Shown here: positions 13,494-15,799 of the stretch, piece by piece
Layout of the letters: every line of letters begins with the position of its first letter
Numbering within the stretch: position 1 is the first letter of the stretch
From: an uncultured archaeon
Lineage (GTDB): Archaea; Asgardarchaeota; Thorarchaeia; Thorarchaeales; Thorarchaeaceae
DNA: 15,799 bases
Assembly: GCA_964354495.1 (NCBI GenBank)
Contig: CAYHAA010000028.1
Location: 1-15,799 of the forward strand
Direction of reading: 5' to 3'
Program-made: the position numbers and the translations under genes
Notes under the pieces: model-generated
Seen by the model: the letters and a program-made list of their open reading frames with translations, nothing else
Databases searched by the model: none
Told to the model about the DNA's origin: nothing

Positions 13494-13937
13494 CTATGCT
13501 CCAGTACTCCCGAAGCCGCCCTCTCCTCGCTCAGTGCCTGACAGCTCATCTGCTTCAACGAACTGCACCTTAGGCGCAGGGCGTATCGCAAGTTGGCTGA
13601 TTCTCATCCCTTTCGTGATCTTGAACGCTCTATCTCCGAGATTGATCATAATCGTCTTCACTTCGCCCCGATACCCGCTGTCGATGGTCCCCGGCGTGTT
13701 GAGCACAGTCACTCCCTCCTTTGCTGCGAGCCCACTTCGAGGTCTCACCTGACCCTCGTAGCCTTCTGGTATCTCAATAGCGATTCCAGTTGGAACTGCA
13801 TAGCGTTCTCCGGGCTTGAGTTCATAGTCGACTGCTGAATAGAGGTCGTAGGCTGCATCGCCCTCTCGAGCCGCCTGTGGCATCTTGGCATCAGGGGAGA
13901 GTAGTTTTACATGTACTACAATGGGTCCTTGTGGCAT
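13494..13937 (-). CDS. dut: dUTP diphosphatase (trimeric dUTPase)
   Basis: All five motifs: AAYDLY, RPRSGLA, PGTIDSGYRGE, RISQL and RGEGGFGSTG; AAGGAG upstream. Confidence 0.97.
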   Translation of the reverse strand: MPQGPIVVHVKLLSPDAKMPQAAREGDAAYDLYSAVDYELKPGERYAVPTGIAIEIPEGYEGQVRPRSGLAAKEGVTVLNTPGTIDSGYRGEVKTIMINLGDRAFKITKGMRISQLAIRPAPKVQFVEADELSGTERGEGGFGSTGA

Positions 13938-14308
13938 AGTAGGATACTCCTTCTAAGTTCAGTTTTGAGAGTTTCTTACTTCAGGTAGCGCGATTTATGC
14001 CCCATGAATTACTTCAATGAGTAAAAACGGAATGAGTCTGATGAACTTATTTATTGATTCGTCTGTGTGAATTCAATTACCGTTCATTGCACGTCGCACA
14101 GTCATGGACACCAGAGCGATGTACTCCTAGGAAACAGCATTGGGGAATCTCTATGAAATCGTTTATCGTGTTTCGGTAACCTCAGACATGAGTTGTTCAT
14201 CTAGAGTATGTTAGCACTTGTAGATTCTTGCAGATGAGTAGCCCAGAGATGTCCAACTCTGTCGATGTTTTTCTGGCTGCTATTTCTAACTCTTCTTCTC
14301 TCTTGGCA

Positions 14309-15757
14309 TTAATATCCAAGCTCTTTGGCTTTCTGGAAAGCTCTTTTTGCTTCACTCTCTCGTCCCAATGCATCAAGTGCTACAGCAAGGTTATTCCAAA
14401 ATAGTCCTTGATTGGGATCGATCTCAACAGCCTTCGACAATGCCTTCGCTCCCTCTGCAAATTCATTCCGCAGAATCTGGGCTACACCAAGATTAAACCA
14501 ATTAAATGGATCATTCGGATCGAGTTCTGCTGCTCTCCTGAATGGATCTTCTGCATCCTCTGGCCTTCCGAGTTTGCCCATTGCTGCGCCAAGATTACGC
14601 CACGCACGAACATCCCCGGGATTGATTTCGGCCGCTCTTTTCGATGCTTCTGCACTCTCAGCAGATTTGCCTTGCTCAAGCAGTGAGTCACCAAGATAGA
14701 ACCAAGCCACCGCATCTCTGGGATTGAGCTCAGTCACTCTCCTAAATGGACCTTCTGCCTCCTCATATCTTCGCAGCTTGCGCATCGCAGAACCCAGATT
14801 GAACCATGCATCAACAAAGGCGGGATCAATTTCGACGGCCTTCCTCGCCGCCTCCGCACTCTCAGCATATTTACCCTGTTCATACTGTACAATCCCCAGA
14901 CTGGCCCATGCCTCTGCATGTTTTGGGTCAAGCTCAGTCATTCTTCTAAATGGACCTTCTGCCTCCTCGTATCTTCCGTGTATGTACATTGCGCCACCTA
15001 AACTGTACCATGCACTAGTATACATGGGATCAATCTCGACTGCTCTTCTTAGTGCATGTATCGCCTCATCGTTTCTGTTCAGTTTTTCAAGGACAAGTCC
15101 TAAGGTACGCCATCGCTCAGCGTGTGAGGGATCAATGTCCACAGCCTTCCGGTATGCTCTTTCTGCATCAGAATGTCTTTCTTTCTCCCACAATGCTCCT
15201 CCGAGAAGATACCATGCCTTTGCATAGGTGGAATCCAACTTCGTGGCTCTCTCGTACGCCTCTTCCATCTCATCATGTTTGCCTTGGTGACTTAGTATCA
15301 TTCCAAGGTTCGTCCACGCTACGGCATTCTTCTCGTCTAGCTCGATTCCTCGTCGGTATGCCTTCTCTGCTTCAGTATACTTGTCCTGGCCGAAATAGAT
15401 ATCTCCGAATTTCTGCCATACGCCCGATGCTTGAGGATTGAGCTCGGCTGCTTTTCTGACTGCATCTTCTGCCTCTCTGAACCTTTTCTGGAGAAGCAAA
15501 TTGTTCGCTAGGTTCAACCATGTGAACCACTGCTTTGGGGCAATCTCTACAGCTTTTCTATGATTAGTCTCAGCTTCGCTCGTTTTCCCTTGTGCATCCA
15601 AGACCAGCGCAAGGTTTGTCCATCCACCTAGCTCCGATGGTCTTTCAAGAACTGCTTTGCGCAATAATTCCTCTGCTTTACGGAGTGATTCCTGAGCCTC
15701 AGCATGCATTCCTCTCTTCATTTGTTGTTCGGCGGCTATAATCAACTCATTCGACAT
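14309..15757 (-). CDS. Tetratricopeptide-repeat protein (about 14 TPRs, no other domain)
   Basis: Consecutive 34-aa units AWxxLG...A...FRRAxELxP. ATG 15757 follows GGGAGATAGG; the track start at 15787 is also possible. Confidence 0.93.
   Translation of the reverse strand: MSNELIIAAEQQMKRGMHAEAQESLRKAEELLRKAVLERPSELGGWTNLALVLDAQGKTSEAETNHRKAVEIAPKQWFTWLNLANNLLLQKRFREAEDAVRKAAELNPQASGVWQKFGDIYFGQDKYTEAEKAYRRGIELDEKNAVAWTNLGMILSHQGKHDEMEEAYERATKLDSTYAKAWYLLGGALWEKERHSDAERAYRKAVDIDPSHAERWRTLGLVLEKLNRNDEAIHALRRAVEIDPMYTSAWYSLGGAMYIHGRYEEAEGPFRRMTELDPKHAEAWASLGIVQYEQGKYAESAEAARKAVEIDPAFVDAWFNLGSAMRKLRRYEEAEGPFRRVTELNPRDAVAWFYLGDSLLEQGKSAESAEASKRAAEINPGDVRAWRNLGAAMGKLGRPEDAEDPFRRAAELDPNDPFNWFNLGVAQILRNEFAEGAKALSKAVEIDPNQGLFWNNLAVALDALGRESEAKRAFQKAKELGY
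14727..14976. repeat. Internal DNA direct repeat in the TPR gene, 204-bp period
   Basis: 14727-14772 vs 14931-14976: 43/46 identical. 204 bp equals two TPR units. Confidence 0.85.
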
Positions 15758-15799
15758 GACCCTATCTCCCTCGGAATTTGGATACATAGCTTCACTATT

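Noticed and set aside
14408-15441. Several overlapping ORFs inside the TPR gene (e.g. 14724-15227 +)
   Set aside because: Their periodicity simply mirrors the TPR repeats on the opposite strand or in another frame.
1-15799. CRISPR array, transposase, integrase or rRNA
   Set aside because: No regularly spaced short repeats, no DDE or tyrosine-recombinase motifs and no rRNA-like sequence were seen.

Overview
Archaeal chromosomal window, most likely Asgard (Thorarchaeia-like). That assignment is an inference from intron-containing CCA-encoding tRNAs, a longin-domain gene, a GOLD/Ig membrane protein, a multi-TM peptide-binding protein and roughly 50% GC by eye. Housekeeping genes: pyrE-like PRTase, N-acyl-D-amino-acid deacylase, family-5 solute-binding protein, dUTPase and a 14-repeat TPR protein. 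The ORF track misses two tRNAs on the minus strand: tRNA-Gly(GCC) with a 30-nt D-loop intron at about 14/15, and tRNA-Val(GAC) with two introns. Main observations: (1) a 24-bp duplicate of the tRNA-Gly 3' end brackets an integrase-less cassette of about 0.6 kb carrying one membrane-protein gene; (2) an AT-rich tract next to two ORB-like boxes, with no cdc6 in view, overlapping a possibly structured leader; (3) tandem ferritin-like paralogs that have both lost most diiron ligands; (4) a longin domain with a Cys-rich tail; (5) a three-copy array of small 'YGCS' two-TM genes whose middle copy is a hidden pseudogene; (6) a GNAT gene split by one in-frame TAG, in a region where TAG is the main true stop. 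No CRISPR array, integrase or transposase is visible. All family calls come from motif recognition, not database searches.
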